This document shows, in pieces, positions 44,589 through 60,600 of a DNA stretch of 64,000 nucleotides. The position numbers and the translations under genes are program-made. The stretch's first letter is position 1. Every line of letters starts with the position of its first letter. The notes under the pieces were generated by a model. It made no database searches. It had not been told where the DNA came from and saw only the letters and a program-made list of their open reading frames with translations. The DNA comes from Chrysomallon squamiferum (lineage: Eukaryota; Animalia; Mollusca). The stretch covers positions 3,968,001 through 4,032,000 of the forward strand of contig CM022669.1 in NCBI GenBank assembly GCA_012295275.1, in the 5' to 3' direction.

Positions 44589-46149
44589 TCATGGTCTATT
44601 AGAGTGCATCGTGCAGCCCAATACTTCTAGCTTCAGCACTTCTGTTAGAGTTACCTCATCCCTAGACCAGTCTCTACTCATTGACCAGTCCAGCTGGGGT
44701 GTCCCGAACAGAAACCAAAGCTCCAGCTGGCAGAGCTGTTCAACAAGCCTTCTCACCACGTCAAGCAAAGGACTATCAATATTAGAACTTTTCCAAGTTC
44801 TGTAAATTTTCAAGATCTTATGATCTGTAATCAGTAAATAAATGTTCACATAATATTTTTCAAATGCATATTTCATGATATTGGAGCTTGTTTTAAATTG
44901 AAAATTGTATTTTAATTTTTTTATTCATTGTTTAATTCTAAAACTAAATAATTAGTAGCTAGTGGATTTGAAACACGTTTGATGAACTGTGTAATAAAAC
45001 ATATGTTTAAATTTAATCATTTTTTTTCTTTGTGCACAATATCATTTTGTAAATATGAATCTAAATCGGGCAAAGAAAACAACCCTTTCCTCTGATAGTT
45101 ACAAACCTATATTTCAGTATTTTTAAAATGAATTAGTAATTTTGTGACTATTCCCTTGTTTTTAAGTTAGTGAACTTAATGGATTCTTTCTTGTATTGCC
45201 AATAATATTACTATATGAATAAATGAAGGTTTAATGGCACTGAAATATTTAATATTAACTAAATGTTATGTTACCTTGGGTAAAAGGAAACACTTAAGTA
45301 TCTAACAACATGATAAAAATGGAACAAGGTTGTTATTTATTTGAACATGATAATATATATATATAGTGTTATTTTCATTTTAAACTATTTTTAGAGAACA
45401 TTTTTATTTAATTTAAAATGTAATCAATTTTTTATATAATTTGTAAATAAATATTTTACCAGAAATAAAAATGCCTTTGCCGTTATGACTTTGTACTGAG
45501 AAAGATGTCTAGATATATTTAACCGTTATATTTTTCAAGCAGATATCATTTGTCATTGTTTAGTTTCCTTACCTTTTCTTTTACTTTTGTACAATACATC
45601 ATTTTCTATCTGAACAGAGTGAAATTGTTTAGAATACAATATTCAGTCAGCTGAAAGTTTAATTATACAAATATCAAAGTCTGTGTCATTTTAAACTTGC
45701 ACTCTGATTTCTGTATTGTATAATTTAATAATCAACATTCTAATATTTTATACTGTGTATCTTGTATTTTATAACTAAGTAGTCACCATTGTGTACGTTA
45801 CAATTTCACAGTCCAATTTCATAGTTTACATTCTGTATTGTATAATTTCATAATCTCTGTTCTGTATTTTATTATATAGCCTGTTACCTATGTATTAAAA
45901 TTACATATTCGGCATTGTGTGTGCTACAGTTCCATAACCTAAATATTTGATTATTTAACCAAATTATATTCGTTTATTTTCTTAAGAAAGAACGTTCGTA
46001 TTATTATAACTACATTAATAGACTACAAATAATTTGAACTGTTAAAATAAATAAATAAAAAATATCCAAAATAATGTTTTAAAAATAAATTTTATTTTAA
46101 CCTTGTCGAAAGTCGTAATAACAACGCCTATTGCTTTTGAAGCGGCCAT
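44589..46149 (-). CDS. Small uncharacterised 3-exon protein, 106 aa
   Basis: aaaacATGGCCGC start. Exons 46149-46102 (MAASKAIGVVITTFDK|gttaaa), 45609-45573 (ttcag|IENDVLYKSKRK|gtaagg) and 44824-44589 (ttacag|DHKILKIYRTWKSS...MHSNRP*) join in phases 0 and 1 without adjustment. Confidence 0.55.
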
Positions 46150-46832
46150 GTTTTTAACGAAGCACGTGCAGTTTGAAATAGATTTAAGACTTTTGGTCAT
46201 GCAGTTTTCTGGATAAACAAAGCTAATAATAGAGAAGTATCCTAGCTGTTTGTAGGTGAGTTTAATACGAAGAGCTTTAAACAGAGTCTCACCTACATTT
46301 ATTATTTCCAAATGTTTTTAGGATGATGTGTTATCGGTAACGCTTACCTTTTTGGGGCTGATCGATGCAAAGTAGGGTAGTGGTCTCAGGATACCATCCT
46401 TTGCTTTTGATGAATATATTAGACGTGTACAAGCACACGCACACACACACACACACACGAATATTATACTGATTATACTGTGTGTGTGTGGTTGTAATAA
46501 TTCTAAATTTTAAAATTGGTTCTTATTTCCTCGCATAACTGTCTTGGCTTAAATGTCTTAACGATATATATGCTAAATAATAATATTTATTTATTGTTAT
46601 TGTTATTTTATTTTATTTTATTTTTACATAAAATAACTAAAATCACAGTATAACTTGATGTAATGTGATCTGGATTTTTAACAAATCTGTCGAGTTTCAC
46701 TCCATTCCCAAACATGCCTAAATTAATATTATAAATATTTACCCTGGTCACTAGATTGAGAATTTAAAAACTCTAATCAGTTATTCTTATTTCCAGACAT
46801 ATTTTTTCGGCAAACGCTACGTAGCATACAAA

Positions 46833-50599
<3,767 letters not shown>

Positions 50600-51565
50600 C
50601 ACAACCAATTAAAATAACAGTAATTGTCACCTGATTTACCTTCCTGTGTGGTTTTCTCTACTTTCAGTTGTTATAATACGTTCCTGTACAGATCGAAGGA
50701 AGAAAATGAATACTGAATTTTCTCAGTATGCTTAATGTAAAGTCCTAAACACTGAACAAAAATAATAATAATACACCAAATTTATAAAGAGACGTTAAAA
50801 AATTACATTTATTTATTTGTTTTAAACTAATCATTATTTATTTATTTATTTAATTATTTATTTCAAATAAAAATTAAAAGAGTGAATTGTCTGTTGTATA
50901 TTTTTATTTATTAACAGCAAATACTTTACCGTGTACAGATAAGCGCATTCGATAGCCAGTGAAGTATATTTATGGCCTGCTATTCTGTAGGCTAACATTC
51001 TGTCACTAATATATAATGTAAATGAATATTTAAAACTAAATAAATAAATAAATACTCGGCAGCTGTCAGTTGTAGGCATTTACTTGCCTGTATTAACTGA
51101 GTCCAAGATTTCCATCATAGGCAACATTTATAGATCAGCATATAACAGCATACATTAGGTATACGTTTATACTTACTTAGTGGGAAATGAATGAAAGTAA
51201 AAAGAAGGTATTTAAGTAACGTGTACATTTCTATGTCTGTCCTCTGTTTACAGTTTTACTAATTAGGACGTTACGTAATTCCATTGTAATAATTGTTTCT
51301 TGTTACAACCGCATTTCAGGTTTTTGTGTTTTGATATGTATGTTTAGTTTAAATAATATTGATGCTGTAAGAGTGCTTATCAACTCAATCATCAGTGCAG
51401 TTGTTAGTATATTTCCCGTTCCAATTAGGACGCAGCAACTAATTTATGAAAGAACATAGTATTTGATTTGATTTGTAAGGTAAGTTGCGTCTAATCGAAA
51501 TGTCTTGTGAAAAATAACTCCACATGATCTCCTTTCTCGCATTATCATTAATAATAATAATAATA

Positions 51566-51613
<48 letters not shown>

Positions 51614-52922
51614 TCAGTATAAATATAAAATAAATAAAATAATGGTAAATAAATAAAAAAGAAAAGCAAAAATAGTAATAGTTCATAATAGCAAACAAAC
51701 AAATCAAATCAAATACGAGACAATCCCTAATAATTATTATAATGTACAGAATTGATTTTATATAAATTATACACACACATATTTTCAAAAATAAAGATAA
51801 ATAATACTCGTTATTATTTGTATCAGCTTTATGTTATAATTCACGGGTGCTTTCATAAGTAGACCCTCCCCTAGATGAAAAGTAAGGTCTTCCTCCTTCA
51901 CTTCAAAGTATTTAATATTTTGATTTGAAATAGATACGCGACTTATGTGTAAAGGGCTGAACACACAGAAACTACAGGAACGATCAACCCGTAGAGGCTG
52001 AATCGATAGATGTGAAAAAAGTGTGTGTGAGGGGCAGGGCTATGTGCATTGAATGTCAAATTACCTTTCGTAGAATAAACAGAACCATTCATAACATTAC
52101 AAACAAATTTAAACATTTTTAATAGCAGGTGTCAGTTCCCTCTTGAAACCCACCCTTGAACTGCTCCTGTTTATGCTAACAAATCTGCAGCATGGACCAG
52201 TCACGGACAACACGTGCAAAGACATCACGTGATATTATATGAATTGCAACATTCATAATAGAGAAAACGCCTGTGTGGGCTACTCCTGACGTTGAAGTTG
52301 CTGCCGTTGTTCACAACCACCCTAAATAATTTGCGCAGTGTGAGATGTTGTAGTCGTCAGGTTGGAGTAAGTGTTCCTCTGGTAAGCACAAAGTAGAACG
52401 ATTATATAACAGCAGTTATTATTAGTAGTATTTAAAAACCAGTCATAAAAACTGAATAATTAGTGTTTAAAGATGTATTACCTGAAGTCAAAGCCTAGGA
52501 ATTATGAGAATTGTTCAGCCGATTTTTTTTTTTTTTTTTTTTTTAATAATTTACTAAAACATTTTAATTTTTTTTTTTAATTTTCCGTTTAGTTAATTTC
52601 AGTATTGCCGCACGATCAGAACGATTTCGGCGCGCCTACAGAGCTGTTATTGGCGCAAGCAAGTACTTCAGCATAGGTTTTTTTTTTAAACTGATACGTT
52701 TTTCCATTTCACGAGAAGGCGCATATAATCTTTTTTTCAGCTAATCGTAAAGTGGTAATTTTTAAAATGTTAGTTGCTGATGACCTCTTGTTTAATCATC
52801 GTCATATCTTTTCAACTTGAAAATTAAATATTAAATAACGATATTTAATAATATAGTCTTATTTCAAAATTAATATTTTTAATTTTTATATTTTATTTTA
52901 ATTTTTAAAGTCTTTCAGACTG

Positions 52923-53732
52923 ATGTGGAATATTCGCCTAGACATGACTCAGTCTGTCATAGCTTTGTGCGTTTTCTCTGCTCTTTTATCAGTCATAAGG
53001 TGTCAGGTAGCTCTTCGTGGTAAGCAATTGCACTTTCATTTTAATGAAATTTCATATTTCATTTTAATCAAATCGTACTTCTGTACTGACACCCCTATAT
53101 AATTAATATTAATGTGCTATAAGGATTAATGGTAATAATGATCATTGATAGTAATAGTAATACTAGTACTGATATTAGTATTAATAGCAATACTAGTCAT
53201 TAGTTGTCCCAGTAATAGTAGTTACATTATTAGTAATAATATAATATTCTATTAAATGATATGAACAAATTAATCTTTAATACTAATATATATAGTATTT
53301 GATATACGACAAAGATGGTTCATACGTTTACGTTCACAGCTATTAGTTCTGAATAATTGAAGCATTCTAATCGTCATTGTAATAATTGAAATCATATATT
53401 TTTGTTCTCTCGTTACGTCCTCAGACTGGAGCTTCTTGTACGAGATCGATGGTCTGAGCGGACTCGCGCGCTGTGGGTTTCCCTCGGACACGAAAGGTGA
53501 AGACTACTACAAGGAAGGTGGGAACACGATATGGATTAACCACGAGTTTCCTCTGCTCACTGGACATCTAGTTCAAGTCCAGTACTACATCCACACCAAC
53601 ACTGACACCAACTACACCGGCATGATATACATATTCGAAAAACTAGAGGGAACACTACATCGGCTTCAGTTCCAGCAAAATATAACTTTCAATCGCAATC
53701 AAGGAGTGCATCTGGTAACTTTTTTTTGTTTT

Positions 53733-53775
<43 letters not shown>

Positions 53776-54601
53776 TTTTTTATATTTTTTTCTTTTATTT
53801 GTTATTTTGTCTTAAATAGCAGATGTAATATGAAGTAATTACTGGCGTTGTTCTAAGTGTTTTGTTTTACTCGGCATATTTTTGATCAGAATATTTGTTA
53901 ATTATTACATACTTTTATATGGTATGTTTGCAAAATGAAAATGGTTACAAGTATTAGCGATAATTTCGCATTCCTGTACTTCCATCATGTCGAATAGAGA
54001 ATTATTACTTTTCCCCACAGGTGAACATTACCGGATGGCCCATTGTGCAGGCAGGGTGGTTGTTGGGCTGGAGATTTGTGGAAAGTGTTGGACCCATCAG
54101 TTACAACGTGTCGAGTAAGGAACAACAAGGAACACAAGTTTTTCAGATTCCGTTTGGCACAACATTCGTGGTTGGACAAAACTACTCGATACCATCATTT
54201 GTGAAGACGTACTATTTCAAAATAGAAGCCATTATTAAAGTCAGTAAGTAACCTCGATTGAGGAGAGTGTGACTGTTACGGATATTCCATTAACTTGTAT
54301 AAAAATATCATTTTTTTTTAATCAACGTCTGTTAAAACGTCTTATATATTTTGTAATCCAGGCAAAGGACTGACGTAAACAGCTCTGTTTTTGCCCACTG
54401 GGTTTTCTTTTTAAAATACAATTTAGTTTGTCCTTCATTACTTACGACAGTATTCAAGTATGTTTAAATATGAATTTGATATTAAATGTATTTTAATGTA
54501 TTATAAATTAGCATTGTATTTCAAAATATTCTATTGACACCCACCAGCCGATTATGTTTGTGTTTTTATTTCATTTTGTTTATTTAATTTGTTTTCCATT
54601 T

Positions 54602-54686
<85 letters not shown>

Positions 54687-57600
54687 TACTATTTTTTATT
54701 TTTTATTTATTTTTATTTACTATTCCTAGTTTTTCTATTTTGCTGCTGTAGTTAGTGATGTGTGTTTTGTAATTATTCAGGACTGGCAGGTGCCACAGGT
54801 GAGAGTGGGGCGGCTGGAGCTGAAGGTGTGACGGGTGTGTCCGGGCAGACTGGAACACCTGGATTAGCAGGTGTTGCAGGTGCCGCAGGCGCTCAAGGTG
54901 CCGATGGTCTAGAAGGACAAACCGGAATGACCGGAGTTGCTGGACAAGCGGGGTCACCTGGTTTGATTGGGATAACAGGAGTATCTGGAGTCACCGGCTC
55001 TGCGGGGTCTGCAGGAATTACGGGTGTGTCCGGCGTGACAGGAGCAGTCGGGAGTCCTGGTGTCACAGGGCAGACGGGTGTCAGAGGGTTTGCTGGTTCT
55101 GCTGGAATCACTGGCGTGAGCGGAAGGACAGGTCTTCAGGGATTTCCAGGTACTGTTAAATAAAAACGTGAATTGTTTCGAATGTTCTTGCATTAAAGCA
55201 AAACTGTTAGAACTTTACATTTTCACTTTGTTTGGCTACTGAAATATCAGAAATATATTTTCAAAGAGATTCCAAAAAATGCTTTTAGCAAAGGATAATT
55301 TGGTAACTAATACATCTTCATTTTTGTTTTTGTTCGTACACATACATACTGGATTTTAATTTATCTATTTAAAGCTACATTTAATATCCCACTTCCCATC
55401 TGCTTTTATACTGAATACGAAAGGCAACATTTACATACATTAATAATGAACAACGATAATATTCTAATTAACTTCTCTGCAGCTAATTTCGAATCATTTG
55501 ATGCCAAAGTTTATTACTCAACAAATGATTACATTCCAGGTCACACTGGCAGCTCAGGAATCGCTGGTTTGGCAGGATCAGCAGGGGTGACTGGAATTAG
55601 CGGAGCTACTGGTGCTGCAGGTCTGAAAGGAGAACGTGGAATAATTGGGAAAACGGGAATCACAGGAGCCACTGGTCCAGCCGGCAATGCAGGTATGGTT
55701 GACAGCTTATCAAGTTGTACTCAGAAAATAAAACCAACTCTAAGCATATAACTGTGTTAAGATGTATTGGTACAAATGACTAACAATTTAATTCACAGGT
55801 CCATCAGGAATCACTGGACTCACAGGACCTCCTGGACTTGTTGGTATAACTGGACTGACTGGGTCTGTAGGCGTGACAGGAATATCGGGTGCGACAGGAA
55901 GAACTGGCATACAAGGGTTTCATGGGATTACAGGAATATCAGGACAAACTGGTGCTGCAGGTTCGTTACAGACATTGTACTTGAAAATGTAAACTTAGCT
56001 ATCATTTACTGACATGATCTTTTAAAGTAAATTTCGAAATACTATTTTATATATATGTATATTGTATACATTTTAAACTACCCGAAATGAGCCATTTCGA
56101 TTTAGTCTTAATTTGTTTTCACACCCAATTTTGGTGTGTGTGTATGTGCGTGGTTGGGCGGTATCGTTAAATCAGTCATACATTTCTGGAATTTAATCTT
56201 CTTCAAAATGTATCACTAATATTTATACCATATTTATAACCATGAATCAACGTCTGTCATCATTCTTATATATTTTGTAATCCAGGCAAAGGCAAAGTTG
56301 TTTGTGTTTCTACAGAGCACTAAATGAGTTACGTTTTACGCTTTGCTTCATTACCTAGGACCTCGAGGAGTAACGGGAGTTTCAGGTTTGACGGGTCTAG
56401 CAGGCATCACTGGAATATCAGGACAAACTGGTCTTCAAGGCGCAGCAGGTTCACCAGGCGTGACAGGTAACTTCACAAAACAGAGTACTGGCTTTTTGTA
56501 CGTTACTAACGATGGATAGGCCGTTGAATACCTAATAACCTTTGTTTAAAAAAATCCTAGCCGTCGTTGAAATTTTTCTTTTCTGAACTGTTTTTGAAAG
56601 TTATGTAAAAATGTTCAGACACCTGCAAATTGTCTTTTCATTTTCTTTAGGTTTGTCTGGATCTGAAGGTTCTACAGGTGGGCAGGAGCGCAAGGATTTA
56701 CAGGTGTTAGCGGGGTCACCGGTTCTACTGGTATCGCCGGAGTTCCTGGTCTAACAGGTCATACAGGAATTCTGGGTCCTGCCGGTGCTGCAGGAATTAC
56801 TGGAATTTCAGGAGCTACTGGAATAGCCGGGTTAAGAGGTTCAGATGGCGGTACAGGAATAACGGGCGTATCGGGAAGAACTGGGGTTCAAGGTCAGAAG
56901 GGGTCACCAGGTCAGCCGGGGATTACTGGACTTTCTGGTCAAGCTGGAATAACGGGGACAAGTGGACGTACTGGTATAGCTGGTCCGGCAGGTTTAACGG
57001 GTCCAGTAGGTGGAACGGGACAACCGGGTTTTGCAGGGATAACTGGAATTTCAGGTGTCACTGGTCAGCAAGGTAAACATCTTGTTTATTAAACTAATCT
57101 TAATAACTGACAGGTCATAGTGAAAACATAAATGCAGCTTAATGTTTGTATGACCGGTTTGCTTTCAAATGTATCAGTTAAAACGTAAAGAAGTTTGCTT
57201 AACATCTAAAATTAATGATGTAAATCCAGTATAATTTCACATACAACTCATTACAAGTAGACATATTCTCCGTTGTCACTTAATGTAGATAAAAGCAGAT
57301 ATATTAAATGTGTGCTACTGTCATATTTCAGGTATAAAAGGAGATCGGGGTGGCGTCGGTTTACCTGGTATCACTGGACGGATTGGTCAGACAGGAGGGA
57401 CAGGAGCACATGGCCAAAGTGGCGTTTCAGGAAGAACGGGTATCCCTGGAGCTACGGGAATAACAGGACCTCCAGGTTCTATTCAAACCTTTTCGGGAAT
57501 TAGTGGAATTCCTGGTGCACCTGGTTTAACAGGACACACCGGTATAACGGGGACAGCTGGATCACCAGGTCTAGCTGGATCTGCAGGAATATCTGGGCAA

Positions 57601-60600
57601 ACAGGAATAGCTGGAGCTCCTGGAAGGACTGGTATTACTGGCGTTTCTGGAATTCCTGGAGCAGCAGGCCTAGCAGGTTCGCCTGGTTTTACTGGAATGA
57701 CAGGATCAGCTGGTGTTGCTGGTCAATCGGGTAGAACGGGTTCTGTTGGTAAGAGGCTATGATTTATTACGTCTGTATTTACACGAAGTAGTTACATTTA
57801 AATGTTTGTACAGCTGTTACATTATGTAGCGTATCAAACATTAAAATTGTTGAATAGAATAATGATTGAAAACATACTGAATTGTGATGTCTAAATTAGG
57901 TTAACGTAGATATTATATAGACTCTAAATTATTTAAGTAGTTCTGCGTACATAAATCTCACGACTTTGGTTTAACTACAAGGTCCTGCTGGAGCTGCTGG
58001 TATTTCTGGACACACGGGAATGTCCGGGTCAACTGGCTTGGCTGGTCGTACAGGAGTCGCTGGTCCTGCTGGCCAAACAGGAATATCGGGTGTATCAGTC
58101 ACCGGTGTCACAGGTATGACAGGTCCAGCTGGTCATCCAGGTGTTACAGGCGTGTCAGGCATAACTGGAGCTCATGGAATGACCGGAGCATCTGGTAGCA
58201 CTGGACCTGCAGGAGCTAGAGGTTTGTAATGTAGTTTTAAAAGAATGAACATTTTTCAATGGAAATTCGATCATCTAAAAGAAAATTAAAATTCACATCT
58301 ATTAAATATTTTAAAGATAATGCAACATTCAAATTATAGTGGAAATGGTCGTCAAGTATAAATTTATTACTAATAACAGTAATAAAATTCATAAATCTAA
58401 ACGTTACTGATGTACAGAATGTAACAAATGTATTGTTGTATTAATAACAGGACAAGCTGGAGCCTCTGGTTTACACGGAGTCACTGGAATAACGGGAATG
58501 AGTGGCCTGGCAGGAATACCAGGCTTACTAGGGGCTACTGGAATCGCCGGATCCAGAGGACATACTGGCCAAACTGGAATATCAGGTCAAACAGGAGCAA
58601 TAGGCATGAGTGGTCAGACAGGTATATGAATTGTTATTAACATGTTTTCTGTCAATATATAAAAATACTATACACAATCTTATGTCTGAGTTGCAAGGCT
58701 CAAACTGATTAAAATGATAAACTGAACATGATTTAATAAACTGTTTTTTAATTTAATATGCTTTGGTATTTTGAACAGAAATGTCAGAAGGAATGGGTCT
58801 CTGGCGTTGATAAACCATGCTAGTCATTCTATCATATTTAATTGTTTAATCATGATATATGGTAGCGCTGAAACAAATAATTAAAACAGTTTCCTATAGA
58901 TTGTACAAAAAGTAATTAGTAGTAAGCATTAAGACACCAAAGGTTTTCATTCAAGAAATATTTGTCTAAAAATCTGTAATGCCTAGATTTGATAACGGCT
59001 GCGATAACAGACTCAAGTCTTAATAACGTTAACTGGATTATGTCATTGAAGGGCCCCAAGGTGTTGCTGGTGTGACGGGAACCACGGGCAGTGCCGGACA
59101 GAAAGGAGAACGAGGATTCGTTGGAATATCCGGACAGACTGGGGTTTCAGGCTCTGCAGGAGCGGACGGACGTCATGGTGCTGTAGGACAGAGCGGAATG
59201 ACAGGCGAGTTCTGGTTTGCCGTGACTGTTCACTGGCGCCTGTAGATAAATGTCACATGACTTAACTGGTTACAGGATTCTTGTTTTCGAAATCAGTTTG
59301 GTTTTAAAAATGTTCTTTTATATTTTGTATTAATTGGAGTTTTGAAACAAAGTTCTTCAATCCATCATTGGCATATTTAATGGAGGGAAAATTAGTATTT
59401 ACACACGTTTATTTATTACTGAAACTACTATACCTGAACTGATAATTCTTCGGTTAAACTTTCTACCCTTATACTGCTGATGATGTTCGTACCATTTTCA
59501 TAATTGTTAATATTAATAGGAATTCCTGGAGGTACTGGTCTCTCCGGTGCTACCGGAATTGTTGGGCTTACCGGACAGTCTGGAGCTACAGGTCCTCAAG
59601 GTCAGGAAGGTGCCACAGGACTAACTGGACAAGCAGGTTCTGCAGGTATTTCTGGAGCGACAGGAGCTGCAGGTGCAAAAGGTGAAAAAGGATCAATAGG
59701 CTTTTCTGGAGCAACTGGACTAATGGGCAAGTATCAGTATATTGTAAACGATGCTTAACTTTTGCTGCCAGTATGAAACAAAAATGGAAACGACCGACTG
59801 TAGGCAAATATCAATAACACGCTGTAAAATGTTAGTTTTTGAATCCATTAAATAAAACGTTTGCAATTAAACAAGGACTGTAAGCATGTCAATGTTTGAA
59901 CAACTTAGAACTACATGTAGGGCATAGCTTCGTTTCTCTGCGCCCAATACCGAAATATTCTTTTTCTATCTCATGTTTTGAGACTGAAAGAATCAATTAC
60001 CAATATTCCAGGCCAAAAATGGTCCAAATATCATTATGCCAGGAAACGAGAGCATTACACAAGATAGACTAGGAGTACACAGATAAAAATGTGCGCCTCT
60101 TTACACCTGTGCCCCATAGTGAGTCCATTGTTACGCACCTGAATAAGATTATATATTAATAAAATATTTTCTTACTATTTCAGGTGCACAAGGTATAACG
60201 GGACAAACGGGAGGCGCGGGTTTTCCAGGAATCTCTGGAAGATCCGGTGATGCAGGAATATCAGGAATGACTGGACGTAGTGGGGTAACTGGAGCTATAG
60301 GTCCTCGAGGGCCAGCTGGTTCTACTGGAGTGCGGGGTATGTTCTCCTGCTGCAGCTACAGCTCCACAGTATTTTCTTAGCAATTTTCAGTCAGGTTTTA
60401 CTGTCATAAGTTACTAATGGACCAGAAAATTAATTATTTCATTATGTTAAAACAAATATGACTAAACATTTTCGTCCAGCATTTTGTAACAAATGAAGTC
60501 GAATATTCTGATTTCTTGGAATCATTGTACTTTAGAAACATAGCATACGATTTGACTTTGTTGTCGGGTCTTAAAATGTATTCTGAGAAAGCCGATCAAT

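Noticed and set aside
46435-46491. Inverted (CA)n...(TG)n possible hairpin/MITE
   Set aside because: Only microsatellite arms; no distinctive terminal repeats or target-site duplication.
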